A DNA stretch of 64,000 bases, from the IMG/VR virus record IMGVR_UViG_3300023296_000994; one strand, 5' to 3'. The notes under the pieces were generated by a model. It made no database searches, was not told where the DNA came from, and was given only the letters and a program-made list of their open reading frames with translations. The position numbers were made by a program, and so were the translations under genes. Within the stretch, counting starts at the first letter, position 1; every line of letters begins with the position of its first letter. This DNA is from a virus. Of the stretch, positions 37,605 through 48,323 are shown piece by piece.

Positions 37605-38474
37605 TTAAATAACATATTCTAGTAAGATAGTTCCCCTATTCGACCCGGTTGCGTCAAAATCGGTACTATCAAACGTTCCAGATGCTTTCCGGAAAATAGT
37701 TACATTTGTAGCATCATATGACACTACAGAAGCTTCAATATTACCATTAGATGTATTCAGATATGGGAGACAATACCCAATTGTTTGTACATCATTAATT
37801 ATGGACGCATTTGCTGTACGGATACTTGTCACTGCATTACCCAGACCATGTGGGATTGTTACACTTTGCGTCGCGTCCATGTCCCAAATACCAATCGGAA
37901 TTTCTTTTGATGATATACCATTAATATCAAGTGATCCAGTTATACTTACTGACCCGCTGATTTGGTGAATATCAGATATATCATTACCCAATTTAGTATT
38001 TGCCCTGAGCTGGACATTGCCCTTAAATGCGGAAGTTGACAACGGGTCCGATGCAAGAAACGCTGATGCTGATACGAATGAATCGGCAGAGCTACTTGCG
38101 TTTGTTACTTGAAGACCGTTATTATTAAATGATAATCGTACGCCGTTTTGGCCGCCATCAGGATTTTCCCTATCATCAGTAAATAGAATATCAAATGTGC
38201 CACCCGCGTACATCGTAAGAGGATATGTATCGCTGGGAACCGTTCCTATACCAATATGACCGGATGAACTCATAACTAGCATCGGTGCCATTTCTCTATT
38301 ACTTCCACTTATTGTATAAAATGAAACACTATCTGGTTCGGAACCATATAACATCATGACCGCGCTTGAGGTCTGGGGTACACCTGGCTTACCTGATTCG
38401 GTTTCATACGTAGTACTTCCATTACTACCGCTCGGTATGAAAAACATTTTATCGTCTGTAAATCTAATTGGCAT
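37605..38474 (-). CDS. Putative virion/fibre protein
   Basis: SSGHIGIGT, TKLGNDISDIHQISGSVSITGSL repeats. Confidence 0.6.
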   Translation of the reverse strand: MPIRFTDDKMFFIPSGSNGSTTYETESGKPGVPQTSSAVMMLYGSEPDSVSFYTISGSNREMAPMLVMSSSGHIGIGTVPSDTYPLTMYAGGTFDILFTDDRENPDGGQNGVRLSFNNNGLQVTNASSSADSFVSASAFLASDPLSTSAFKGNVQLRANTKLGNDISDIHQISGSVSITGSLDINGISSKEIPIGIWDMDATQSVTIPHGLGNAVTSIRTANASIINDVQTIGYCLPYLNTSNGNIEASVVSYDATNVTIFRKASGTFDSTDFDATGSNRGTILLEYVI

Positions 38475-38477
38475 TTA

Positions 38478-40151
38478 TTATAGTGTTGGTGGCGGAGTTG
38501 GTGGTAAGCTGGCACCTACCGTAATATCACTGAATGATGCGGTGGCGGCGGAACTAATTTCTCCGTCACCGTATTGAGCGTAATATGTGTTAGACCCTGA
38601 TATTTGGAACATTAATTGATTTGTACCAGCTGCTGCTCCGTTCATAAATGAATCTATATTTCCAAGGTACATATTACCTGCTAAAAAGTTATCCGGTCCG
38701 TTCATATAAACGTTCGACCCAGTAAAGAATAAACTAGAAGTAAGAAAAGATACATTTGATGGTTCTTTTGTGTTACCTAAAAATTCCAATTTAAAATCTA
38801 TTCTATCGTTTTGTTGATATGACGGAATTCTAATTAATGATTTAAAATGGGTTGGGGTTCTACCATCTAATGTATACGGTTTTATTGAAACATCGGAAAT
38901 ATACCACGTACCAGTGTTTAATCTAAATACAGGGGTTACATTTCCATCTTTATCAGCCTTAAACCTATACGCAAGAATGTTCTTTACATCCGTACCATTG
39001 ACGGCGTTATTAGTAATATATGATGATTGACTTTGATTTAATGGATATGGGATAATCGCTGGATTATCTACTGTATTATATTCAAATTGGTTTGTAAATA
39101 TAATATTGTTACCATTGATTGATGCTGTCCCAAATGTAGCTGGGTTATATTCATCTATTATTCTACCGTATGTACGGTTTGTATCTCTAATTGCCGAGCC
39201 GGATAACCAGAAGTCAAGCTTAGGCGATTTAATAATAGTGCCGTCCCAGTCATTAGCAGCATTAGCGGCTAATTTAAAAGAAATAATGTATTCATTATCT
39301 TTATAAATGGCTATGGGATTAGTTGACGTTAATTTAGTAAATACGTCATTTCTGGCAGGCGTTGTAAGCGTAGGAACGGCCATACCAATTTTGTAAGAAT
39401 TCAATATAATAGAATTATCGATACCATTACTCACATTCGATAGTCCGCCCATTACACTAGAAGTCCAATAATAATTTGCATTGTTTGCGGAAATCATCTG
39501 CCCTACATTTACAAACTGATTATTACTTGATGTTAAATTAACAAATAATTCTTGGGTTGTTACTTCATCTTCAGATATAACATCGAAATTCCGAAGGCCA
39601 GTGGTTCTCATCGAAGTTCGTATATAAGATACATTTCCAATTACAGGAATCATATCAGCAATTTCAATATTTACATATGATTGAAAATTGAAAGAACCGG
39701 TGTTCGGTGATTCTATGATTGACCTATACGTTATTTCGTATGAACTTCCACTAAATTCCGATGGAAAGAAGTCATATTTTAAAGACGGAACCTGACCATT
39801 ACTATTATATTCAACTTTAAATGTATACGGAGGTGATACTATGGCCAACCTATCATTCAAAATAGAAACAATAGTAGCTTCATATTTTGTATCAAATCCA
39901 TCACTAATAGTAGATGATCCGGTGTTGGGACGCATTTCTTGTGGTGAAGCAACAGTAATTCTACCGCCTACATAATTTCGGCCGAAAACCGAGTCGGATG
40001 ATTCTATTATGGGTTGGCCGCCTATGACTCTATAAGCTACATTACCACCTGCTTGTTCGGTGATTTCCGACACGGTGGAAGCAGAATAATACTCAAGCCT
40101 TAGCTCGGATATATTTACTCGTGGTTGATGTGTAAAGGCTGGTCCTGGCAT
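38478..40151 (-). CDS. Hypothetical virion protein
   Basis: 557-aa beta-rich ORF with SGS/TGS motifs; promoter motif at 40165-40173. Confidence 0.6.
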   Translation of the reverse strand: MPGPAFTHQPRVNISELRLEYYSASTVSEITEQAGGNVAYRVIGGQPIIESSDSVFGRNYVGGRITVASPQEMRPNTGSSTISDGFDTKYEATIVSILNDRLAIVSPPYTFKVEYNSNGQVPSLKYDFFPSEFSGSSYEITYRSIIESPNTGSFNFQSYVNIEIADMIPVIGNVSYIRTSMRTTGLRNFDVISEDEVTTQELFVNLTSSNNQFVNVGQMISANNANYYWTSSVMGGLSNVSNGIDNSIILNSYKIGMAVPTLTTPARNDVFTKLTSTNPIAIYKDNEYIISFKLAANAANDWDGTIIKSPKLDFWLSGSAIRDTNRTYGRIIDEYNPATFGTASINGNNIIFTNQFEYNTVDNPAIIPYPLNQSQSSYITNNAVNGTDVKNILAYRFKADKDGNVTPVFRLNTGTWYISDVSIKPYTLDGRTPTHFKSLIRIPSYQQNDRIDFKLEFLGNTKEPSNVSFLTSSLFFTGSNVYMNGPDNFLAGNMYLGNIDSFMNGAAAGTNQLMFQISGSNTYYAQYGDGEISSAATASFSDITVGASLPPTPPPTL

Positions 40152-40172
40152 TGTATTTTCCAGATATAAGTA

Positions 40173-43100
40173 TCAATATATTACTTTACTAAATCCTTTT
40201 ATCTTATCGATTTCAATTAAGTCATCTGTCATGTCACGCATTACATCAATATGAGATATAATGAATATAAAATCAAATTGGACCTTCAAACAATCGAATA
40301 ACGTATCCAATGATGATATGTTTTGTGAGTCCAAATTTCCAAATCCTTCATCAACGCAAAGAAAGTTAGGCCTTGGTAAGTTAGATATATTAATTAAGGC
40401 CACACGAATTGCTAATGACGCAACAAATTTTTCCATGCCGGACGTTAATTCAAGAGGCCATTTATCATCACCATACGCAATATGAGTCAATATATTTTTT
40501 CCATCAACATTAAACTCAATTCTAAAATCAACTATCTGAGATAATATTTGATTTACTTCACTTTCAATGTGAGGTAATACATCAGATATTATTGTGTATG
40601 GTATACCATTACGCTTAACAGCATCGAGATAATATTCATACGCTTTTAATTTCAATTCTAATTGGTGTGCTTGATTTATATGATTATTAATATCGCTTAC
40701 CTTTGTAGTCGATACTTTCATATCACTTATTATATCTTGTAATTCTGAATTAATCTTATCATATGCTATATCCAATAAATCAACATTACGTATACACTCA
40801 TCAATCTTTAATTGAACACGTTGGTTATGTATGATTGATTTCTTATGTGTTTCATATAGAGTTATATCAGATACAATTGATTGTATTTTGCTTTTTGATT
40901 TTACTATATTAGATTCTATAACAGAATAATTAGATTTTATATTCATCAGTACATTGGAATACTTACTTAATTCTGATATTAAATTATTATAATCTTCTAT
41001 ATCAGAATATCTATTGGCGCATGTATCCAATTTAGACTTTAATATATCTCTGTCCGATAGTAGATTGGAAACAATACCCTTATCATTATCCAAATCCTTT
41101 TTGATTTTGAATGCACTTTGAACAAACGGTGTATTTTTACAAAAATCACAATCGGGGTCGAATTGACCTATGGCATTCAACTTATCTATTTTAGCTTTAA
41201 CCGATACTTTTAAAAGTTCGATCTTTTGAATTACGGTATTATGACCTGTGTTATGTTGTTCCCATGCTTTATGTTCGGTTTTTATTTTATCTATATCAAT
41301 TAAATTCAGCTTATCATTGATAACTATTAACTTAGATTCAATGTTAACCTTACTTTCAATTTCGTCTGATAGATGTTCTTCTAATGTTATTAGATTTGCC
41401 TCTTCTAATGATTTATTTTCATTTAGACTATCTATGTCCAATTTAGAAGACAGATTAATAAGATCTTTATTTAAACTAGCTATGGTATCCGTAACAGACT
41501 TTATTTCATCTTTTTTTAATTTAAGCTTATCAGATACATCAATTTTATTAGATGCTAAAGATAAAAGTTTGGTTTCTTGATCTATTAATTGTTCATCATA
41601 ATCTACGTTCTTAAATGTTTTCAGTAAAACCGAAACTTCCTTCACCTCATCGTTTGCAAGTTGATATAATTCCTCGAATATAGATATATCCAAAAACTGA
41701 GCAAGGAGATCTTTCTTTTCTGTTTGTGATTTATCAATAAATCCGGTACTATTATTTTGCACTGAAAGTGATGTTAGTACAAAGTCATCGTATGTTCCAA
41801 GTAGTGATCTAATCGATCTATTAGTATCTCTACGTTGTTCACCATTTAAAGATATTATGTTACCGGATTCTATTGTCCAGAAATTAACAAGTACCTTTAC
41901 CGATCCATTTTTTTGCTTCTTTGCTTCTCTTTCTATGAAGTAGTCTTGGCCGGAAATTTCAAATGTAAATTTACACTGGAATGATGCCTTCCTATTGTTC
42001 ATAATATCAAGAGCAGTACGACCTCTAGAGCACTTATCAAATATACAAAATGATAGTGAATCAAGTATAGATGACTTGCCAGAATGATTGGATGCAAATA
42101 GCCCTACAATACCGTTAGCCTTCGTAAAGTCTATTTTGTTATTTCCTCCGTAACTAAACATGTTGGAAAATTCAAATAGCTTTGCTTTCCAATTAACATT
42201 TCTAGTTATTTCGATACCGCTTAATCCAGTATTTAGATTTTTATTAATCTTATGAACTTCATCTATTACCGAGTCATCAACGTTGTGATTAGTATATATG
42301 TATTCATACAGTAATTCATTTTGATAATTAACATCTCTAATATTTCGTGATAATACCTGTGATGTTTTACTTGCGCCCAACGTAGATATTTTATCCATAC
42401 GAATAGGAATAACATCGGTAGGTCTACATACAGTTCTAATTTCCTTTACTATTGTTTTTAGTTGGGCCTGCGTTGTATTTGAATGACGAATTCTTATACG
42501 TGGAAATTTCGGTATATCATTTATACTGGGTAATTTTCCATTGGATATTTCCAATGTATAAAATCCAAATTCATTTTTAATATTAGTGAATTTGGGTGTA
42601 CGGGTTTCAACGTCCCATATTGTACAGCCATGATTTTCATATGATTCACCAAAATTCTGCTGTATAAGTGACCCGGGCTGTAATATGGTACTATCATCAT
42701 TATAAAATTGGCGCTTGTGAATGTCACCAAGCATAGACATATCATACCCATCAAACATTGATATTGGTAAATCTTTATTGGACACTCTATATCCCGTATC
42801 AGTTACGGATTTGTCAACAGCGCCGTGAAATAAAGCTACCTTTGTGTCAGCCTCAAAGTCTTTTGATTTTATAAAAGAAGATGGTGAATCAAATATACCA
42901 AACACAGTAAAGTGAACATTACCTATTTTATAAACGCCCGAATCCTTTAAATAATGTAAATTATCATTATCAATACGTTCTATGATTGGCGACAGTGCAT
43001 CTAACCTTGATAAATTATTCAGGTTGGCATCGTGATTACCAGCGATGACTATAGTAGTTCTACGTGATGCCAGCGCATCCAAAAAATCAGATACAATTCT

Positions 43101-43313
43101 GATTAATTCCGGTGATATATCAGTCTTACTATGTACTATGTCACCACCGACATACACAATCGATTCAGGAGGTAATTTATCTATTATCGAATATAGCTTT
43201 TTAAAAATGCTTTTATATTCTTTATGGCGCTGATAGTTCCTAATATGAATATCTGCGATATGCAATATCTTATTTACAGTATCAAAACTGTATGGTATTT
43301 TATTAATTTTCAA
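40173..43313 (-). CDS. Fused Mre11/SbcD nuclease - Rad50/SbcC ATPase (gp47-gp46-like)
   Basis: HIADIH, GGDIVH, IAGNHD, FHG, LGDIH, PGS; then NMFSY, SNHSGKSS, zinc hook CDFC, signature SGMEK, Walker B LCVDEGFGNLD, IISH. Confidence 0.92.
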   Translation of the reverse strand: MKINKIPYSFDTVNKILHIADIHIRNYQRHKEYKSIFKKLYSIIDKLPPESIVYVGGDIVHSKTDISPELIRIVSDFLDALASRRTTIVIAGNHDANLNNLSRLDALSPIIERIDNDNLHYLKDSGVYKIGNVHFTVFGIFDSPSSFIKSKDFEADTKVALFHGAVDKSVTDTGYRVSNKDLPISMFDGYDMSMLGDIHKRQFYNDDSTILQPGSLIQQNFGESYENHGCTIWDVETRTPKFTNIKNEFGFYTLEISNGKLPSINDIPKFPRIRIRHSNTTQAQLKTIVKEIRTVCRPTDVIPIRMDKISTLGASKTSQVLSRNIRDVNYQNELLYEYIYTNHNVDDSVIDEVHKINKNLNTGLSGIEITRNVNWKAKLFEFSNMFSYGGNNKIDFTKANGIVGLFASNHSGKSSILDSLSFCIFDKCSRGRTALDIMNNRKASFQCKFTFEISGQDYFIEREAKKQKNGSVKVLVNFWTIESGNIISLNGEQRRDTNRSIRSLLGTYDDFVLTSLSVQNNSTGFIDKSQTEKKDLLAQFLDISIFEELYQLANDEVKEVSVLLKTFKNVDYDEQLIDQETKLLSLASNKIDVSDKLKLKKDEIKSVTDTIASLNKDLINLSSKLDIDSLNENKSLEEANLITLEEHLSDEIESKVNIESKLIVINDKLNLIDIDKIKTEHKAWEQHNTGHNTVIQKIELLKVSVKAKIDKLNAIGQFDPDCDFCKNTPFVQSAFKIKKDLDNDKGIVSNLLSDRDILKSKLDTCANRYSDIEDYNNLISELSKYSNVLMNIKSNYSVIESNIVKSKSKIQSIVSDITLYETHKKSIIHNQRVQLKIDECIRNVDLLDIAYDKINSELQDIISDMKVSTTKVSDINNHINQAHQLELKLKAYEYYLDAVKRNGIPYTIISDVLPHIESEVNQILSQIVDFRIEFNVDGKNILTHIAYGDDKWPLELTSGMEKFVASLAIRVALINISNLPRPNFLCVDEGFGNLDSQNISSLDTLFDCLKVQFDFIFIISHIDVMRDMTDDLIEIDKIKGFSKVIY

Positions 43314-44220
43314 TTTTTAATGTCATAATTTGATAGGAATCCGTTGGCGTGGATGACGTAATAATGTCAGCCATACCTTTCTTTCCAATTTCGTTTGGGT
43401 CTTTATCCCCAAGGCCAATTAGGTGGACGGATATTCCGTTGTTCATAAAATATTCAGAATGAGCAATAGACCGTTTTATTGCATCGCCGTCAAGTATAAT
43501 GTTTATTCTACTTACATTATTCTGTACTATTTTTAATTTCAATTCTGATAATATATTTGTACCGTATAGCGGTACTGTATTGTCTCCTGTAGATATAGCG
43601 TCTATAGGTGATTCCACTATGTTTATAGGTTCATTCCAATTAATAAGTAATTCGTTTCCTATTATATCCTTAGTTACATTGGGGAGTTTATGTTTAAACC
43701 CAGATTCATAATATGCCCTTCCTACAAAAAAATTAACTTTTCCATTTGAATCATATGATGGGAATATTATCATATTCGAATATGCTCCTGTTTCACAATA
43801 TCCTATATTATAACGTAGTATATCGTACTTAGTAATGTTACGTTTTTTTAAATATTTAACTGCATTTCTATAGTTCATTGAATTGTATGACCCGGCGGTA
43901 ATGGGTATAAATTCCAATGGGAGGGAAACCGTAGTATTGTTTTCTTTTTTATCACCGTCTATATTATAGGACGTTTTAGGTACTAATTTAATCAGAGCTT
44001 TAAGATTCGAATCAGATGCTCCAAACTTATAAAACAACGTTGATAATCTGTTACCGGCTTGCGCGCATATCCAACAATGCCACTTATGACTCACAAGGTT
44101 AATTGCTAGCTTCTTTTTTCTATGGAAACAATACGGACAATGAACCATATATTCATCGGCCTTCGGTATTGACGGTTCAATTACCGTTGACAATAAACTT
44201 ACCAGTTTTTGTTGCAGCAT
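43303..44220 (-). CDS. DNA primase (zinc finger plus TOPRIM)
   Basis: CPYC.H...WHCWIC, YLKKRNI, IIFPSY...FVGR, IVES.IDA, LDGDA, KDPNE. Likely ATG start at 44220. Confidence 0.9.
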   Translation of the reverse strand: MLQQKLVSLLSTVIEPSIPKADEYMVHCPYCFHRKKKLAINLVSHKWHCWICAQAGNRLSTLFYKFGASDSNLKALIKLVPKTSYNIDGDKKENNTTVSLPLEFIPITAGSYNSMNYRNAVKYLKKRNITKYDILRYNIGYCETGAYSNMIIFPSYDSNGKVNFFVGRAYYESGFKHKLPNVTKDIIGNELLINWNEPINIVESPIDAISTGDNTVPLYGTNILSELKLKIVQNNVSRINIILDGDAIKRSIAHSEYFMNNGISVHLIGLGDKDPNEIGKKGMADIITSSTPTDSYQIMTLKIEN

Positions 44221-44223
44221 ATA

Positions 44224-44255
44224 CAAATATAAGAAAAAAGAATCGATTATCCAAA
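44224..44255 (-). promoter_or_regulatory. Bacteroidota primary-sigma-type promoter (TTTG-N20-TATATTTG)
   Basis: Matches the -33 TTTG / -7 TAnnTTTG consensus with a 20-nt spacer; ends 3 nt before the primase ATG. Confidence 0.65.
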
Positions 44256-44714
44256 CATTTCTTTACTATTTTCAGAAATAATTGATTTTTCAGGTGAAGT
44301 GTGCTTAACACCAATAAATTTACGGCTACCTATACTTGAATTATAATATTCCCTCGTACCATTTGAAAGTAATGACGTAAGTACATTTAATTTGTGCTGG
44401 TAGTTTTCTTCTAAATAATTAACTTCACCTTTACTAAATCCAATATGTAGTATTTGAAATGAAAACTTATCAATACCAATCGAATCAATATCAGCCTTAA
44501 GTTCATCGGACGATGATGTATATTCTTTCCAATTACTTTCAGACCAAGTAACGCGTTTTCTTTTTTTCCCTTTTAACGGTGGACGCGATAACTTCCGAGT
44601 AAAATACTTTCTACCTACGTATTTTCTATCGGTAATAGTATTTGTAATTAAATAAACAAACCCATGGGCTCCGGGCGGAACATCAGTAAATGCCGTACTA
44701 TTAAACATCCACAT
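44247..44714 (-). CDS. GIY-YIG nuclease
   Basis: GFVYLITN....KYVGRK, ESNWKEYTSSS, FQIL, E, YYN..I. Confidence 0.85.
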   Translation of the reverse strand: MWMFNSTAFTDVPPGAHGFVYLITNTITDRKYVGRKYFTRKLSRPPLKGKKRKRVTWSESNWKEYTSSSDELKADIDSIGIDKFSFQILHIGFSKGEVNYLEENYQHKLNVLTSLLSNGTREYYNSSIGSRKFIGVKHTSPEKSIISENSKEMFG

Positions 44715-44717
44715 GTA

Positions 44718-45386
44718 TTATATTCCATTTAGTCTTTCTAATACATCATCAATTGCTTCGTGTCTGTGGTTATCCAGTAGATGTACTATATTAATATATT
44801 CCGAACCTTTCAATTTAGCCAATTCATTTATAGCTGAATAGTTACGGTCTCTTAAGTCTACTTGTTGCTGGTCGCCTGTAAATATCATGTATGACCCTTT
44901 ACCAAGTCTACCCAATACCATTGCTAATTGAGCTTTACTTAAGTTTTGAAATTCATCAATTATGCAAATTGCGTTTTCGAACGTTCTACCTCGGAAGTGG
45001 GCAAGTGATACAAGTTCAATGTCCTCGTTTACTTCCATTTTCTCAAGTACATCAGGCTTATTATACACCTTACGCATGTTACTACGAATTGGTATAAGCC
45101 ACGGCGCCATTTTTTCCTTTTCTGTTCCAGGAAGAAACCCATTATCTTCAGTTGATACCGTTGGTCGCGTAATAATTATTTTATCTACTGTACGTTTGAA
45201 GAAACAATCAAGTGCAATTTGAACGGCAAGTAACGTCTTACCACTTCCAGCCTTACCAATAAGGAATGAAAATGGATGGATTAATACACTGGCCTTTGCA
45301 ATTTTTTGTTCGTCCGATAGCTGTAGTGAAAATTTAATGTTGCCTTTGGGCACACGTTTTTCAGAGTTTTGTTTTTTAGGTTCCAT
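44718..45386 (-). CDS. phoH: PhoH-family ATPase
   Basis: GKAGSGKT, ITRP, GFLPG..EKM.PW, RGRTF, IDEFQN, RLG, GD..Q.D, HRH. Confidence 0.95.
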   Translation of the reverse strand: MEPKKQNSEKRVPKGNIKFSLQLSDEQKIAKASVLIHPFSFLIGKAGSGKTLLAVQIALDCFFKRTVDKIIITRPTVSTEDNGFLPGTEKEKMAPWLIPIRSNMRKVYNKPDVLEKMEVNEDIELVSLAHFRGRTFENAICIIDEFQNLSKAQLAMVLGRLGKGSYMIFTGDQQQVDLRDRNYSAINELAKLKGSEYINIVHLLDNHRHEAIDDVLERLNGI

Positions 45387-45389
45387 AAT

Positions 45390-47168
45390 TTAAGTATCAA
45401 ATCGTATCATAAATGTTATATCGTAATCAATTGGCTTTTTTACTGCCTGAGCCAATTTACCGATGGCTAATAATTCATTTGAATCATTATATAGTCCTAC
45501 CGTAGTGATGTACGGTGAAAATTCTTCTGAGTCAACAAACGATGAACTAATTATACCGAATGAAGATGATGCTGGGTCTAATGTAGTAGGATTTTGAGTT
45601 ATTGAGAATTCAGAATCTAGCACCTGGCATAAATAAATATGCTCTGATATGTCATGACTTCCTTTGAATGATAATTCAAATTCAGAATCCTTTATACTGT
45701 GATAATGGCCAGACGGAATAGAATTAATTGGTGGAGTGATGGTTGCTATACCATGTTCGTAAAACACATTACCTACAATATTTGTTGCACTTTCGGATAC
45801 ATATAAACTTGATGTAGCCGTACTATCTATAGCAGAATCCCATAATCTAAATTGAGACATTTCGAATTGACCCGGTCGTATTATGTTTCTGTTCTTTTTA
45901 TATTCTACATGTTTTGCTAGCCCTGGATCGTAATAGTTATTTTTATATCCATATGGCCTTCCGCCAATATGTACATTGGTTGGTGTTGTTACCGATACGC
46001 CATCTGCGGGATCAGCTACTGTCGAGCTATAGACACCGCCCGTTGATTGTAATCCTATTGTTAAATTGGATCCTGATTTTTGAAATAATACTGAATACCA
46101 AGTTGCAGACGATAATTTTAATGCCGCTGATTCAAACATTTCACCGTTGGTTCTACTCTTTCGCCTAAAAATAATATCTCTATTAGTAGAACCGGATATA
46201 GCTATTTCAAACGGAATATGTTCGTTGTCAAATTCACGCTTAGTTACAATTATATTTTCTTCGTGTGGTACTAATGTTCGTCTTGTAGCTGAGGGAGAAC
46301 CAGCGGCGATGGCTTCGCCGGGCGGGTCTGTATCTATTTCGTATCCACCTTCATAACTTTCTTCGGTTGGTTGGAATATAGGAATTCTAATCATAAACGA
46401 AACGGCGAAGTCTCTATCAAATATAAAGTCCTTTGAATTTTCTATTTCTATAAATTGATTATCAGTTGGGTCTTCAATTGTACCCGGACCGTATGACCCT
46501 GTGCCACCAAAGAAAGCGTAGCTTCTACTTAATTCAGAACTTAAAGAGTCATCTTTGAATTGAATTCTATACGCAGATGGAACTACTTTATACTTAGATA
46601 CATAATCAACGGGTGTTACATTAACCTGATTATCATTATTATATAAATACCCCTCGTTGAATCCAATATACAAAGATAAATCATCTATACTTTGGTAAGT
46701 AGACGGTGAAGTTGAATCATATAGATTTCCATTACCATCATCTTTAATTACAGTTGAACCGGATGTTATACTAAATGTATTCGGTTGTATGGAATTACCA
46801 AAAATACCCGACGGAATAGACATAACGGTTATGTCTCTATTTAATTCTTTGTATTGGCCAACACGGGAGCAAAACGTTTTGGGTGGATTATCATATGGAT
46901 AATCAACGTCCTTTGGAGACTGATAATATAGGTTATTAATGGACCTATGAATCAAGTGCTTATATTGACCATTTGATGTTGTTTCTTCAATGGGTGTGTC
47001 GCCCAGTGAAGTATCAATTGTGTTAAAAGACCCTGTTATATATTTCCCTTCATAGAAAACAATCCCATAACTACCAGTTTCTTCGTTTTGAATTACCCAA
47101 TTTTTATGGGCCGTATGGTTAGTTATGTTCTTAGTTTCAGGAAGGAGTGTTTTGAAAACTAGAGACAT
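45390..47168 (-). CDS. Tail/baseplate-associated protein with LamG-like domain
   Basis: DDGNGNLYD, VGNVFYEHGI, PYITTVGLYNDSNELLAIGKL; promoter motif at 47189-47197. Confidence 0.7.
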   Translation of the reverse strand: MSLVFKTLLPETKNITNHTAHKNWVIQNEETGSYGIVFYEGKYITGSFNTIDTSLGDTPIEETTSNGQYKHLIHRSINNLYYQSPKDVDYPYDNPPKTFCSRVGQYKELNRDITVMSIPSGIFGNSIQPNTFSITSGSTVIKDDGNGNLYDSTSPSTYQSIDDLSLYIGFNEGYLYNNDNQVNVTPVDYVSKYKVVPSAYRIQFKDDSLSSELSRSYAFFGGTGSYGPGTIEDPTDNQFIEIENSKDFIFDRDFAVSFMIRIPIFQPTEESYEGGYEIDTDPPGEAIAAGSPSATRRTLVPHEENIIVTKREFDNEHIPFEIAISGSTNRDIIFRRKSRTNGEMFESAALKLSSATWYSVLFQKSGSNLTIGLQSTGGVYSSTVADPADGVSVTTPTNVHIGGRPYGYKNNYYDPGLAKHVEYKKNRNIIRPGQFEMSQFRLWDSAIDSTATSSLYVSESATNIVGNVFYEHGIATITPPINSIPSGHYHSIKDSEFELSFKGSHDISEHIYLCQVLDSEFSITQNPTTLDPASSSFGIISSSFVDSEEFSPYITTVGLYNDSNELLAIGKLAQAVKKPIDYDITFMIRFDT

Positions 47169-47230
47169 AAAGTGTGTACCTTATTTAGTATAAATATATC
47201 AGTGTCTAGTTAAACACCAATTGTTAATTA

Positions 47231-48301
47231 TCAAAACAAGCCGGCCATGCCGTGCAGTAATCCTTGCAACGTAACGCTGGCAACTGCAAATAGAGCCCAA
47301 ACGAAATCGAGCTTCACCCTAACGGTTGTTTCACGTTCGAAATTCTTAAGAAACGGCTTACTTAATTTAGCTACCGCTAATAATTCATTTGAGTCATTAT
47401 ATAGCCCAACTGTAGTAATGTATACCTCGGGGTCATCATCCATAAATGAATATCGTAAGTATCCGCCAGAACCGGTAATGAACGTAGGATTATTAGAATA
47501 ATTTAGTTCACTATTTCTAAGCCTTACAAAATAATGTGTTGACGAAACATCTTCCTGTGACCTTCCTGTGAAGGAATTACCACCTGTAACAGCCGTCCAT
47601 ATTTTATTTATATTATCACCACTTGCGTTACTTCCTGTTTCAAATGTAGAAGCAATACCAGACTGTGACAATAGCGTAGTTGGCATTGCCAATACACCAA
47701 TTTCAGGATAAAATACTCCATATTTTGTAGATACCGTGCCGTATACACCGTCAGTAATAGAACCACTTACAATATTATATACGCTTGACCCATTTACAGA
47801 ATCAGCAGTTACCCTAGATGATTCATCTATTAATGTAATTGGTGGTAATGTATCTACCGATGCGGACAATGTTAATTCCCACCCGCCAGGGTTCATTTGT
47901 TCTTTGAATCTGGCGCGGTTGACTGATATAAACGCCATATCATTATAATCTGCTCCGTCTACTGTAAATACGCCGTCTGTGGGATTTAATAATAGATTGG
48001 CAAACTGACTATAAACAGCCTTTGATGGTGTAATACCATCGGTTGCACCTGTCCATTTTGCTGAACCGGAACCAAGCCTATGACCCCAGGCTACGCTGTA
48101 TTGTACAGCGGCAGTTGTATCCGTGTCCGGGTGACCATCGTATACAAACCACTGATAGTTTCCTGAATCGGACCCAGTTTGAGTTGATGATGTATATGCG
48201 GCCATAAGTGTACTTACTGTACCAGACCACAAATTAGATGTTAGGTCTCTGGATACAAATCCTTCCACTATATCGTCGCTATCAAATGTTTTAAATGACA
48301 T
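47231..48301 (-). CDS. Tail/baseplate-associated protein, paralogous C terminus with 45390-47168
   Basis: YGVFYPEIG, NYSNNPTF, YITTVGLYNDSNELLAVAKLSKP; resembles a tail-collar fibre C-terminal motif. Confidence 0.7.
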   Translation of the reverse strand: MSFKTFDSDDIVEGFVSRDLTSNLWSGTVSTLMAAYTSSTQTGSDSGNYQWFVYDGHPDTDTTAAVQYSVAWGHRLGSGSAKWTGATDGITPSKAVYSQFANLLLNPTDGVFTVDGADYNDMAFISVNRARFKEQMNPGGWELTLSASVDTLPPITLIDESSRVTADSVNGSSVYNIVSGSITDGVYGTVSTKYGVFYPEIGVLAMPTTLLSQSGIASTFETGSNASGDNINKIWTAVTGGNSFTGRSQEDVSSTHYFVRLRNSELNYSNNPTFITGSGGYLRYSFMDDDPEVYITTVGLYNDSNELLAVAKLSKPFLKNFERETTVRVKLDFVWALFAVASVTLQGLLHGMAGLF

Positions 48302-48323
48302 ATTCTTTCAAGTTTATTTTATA

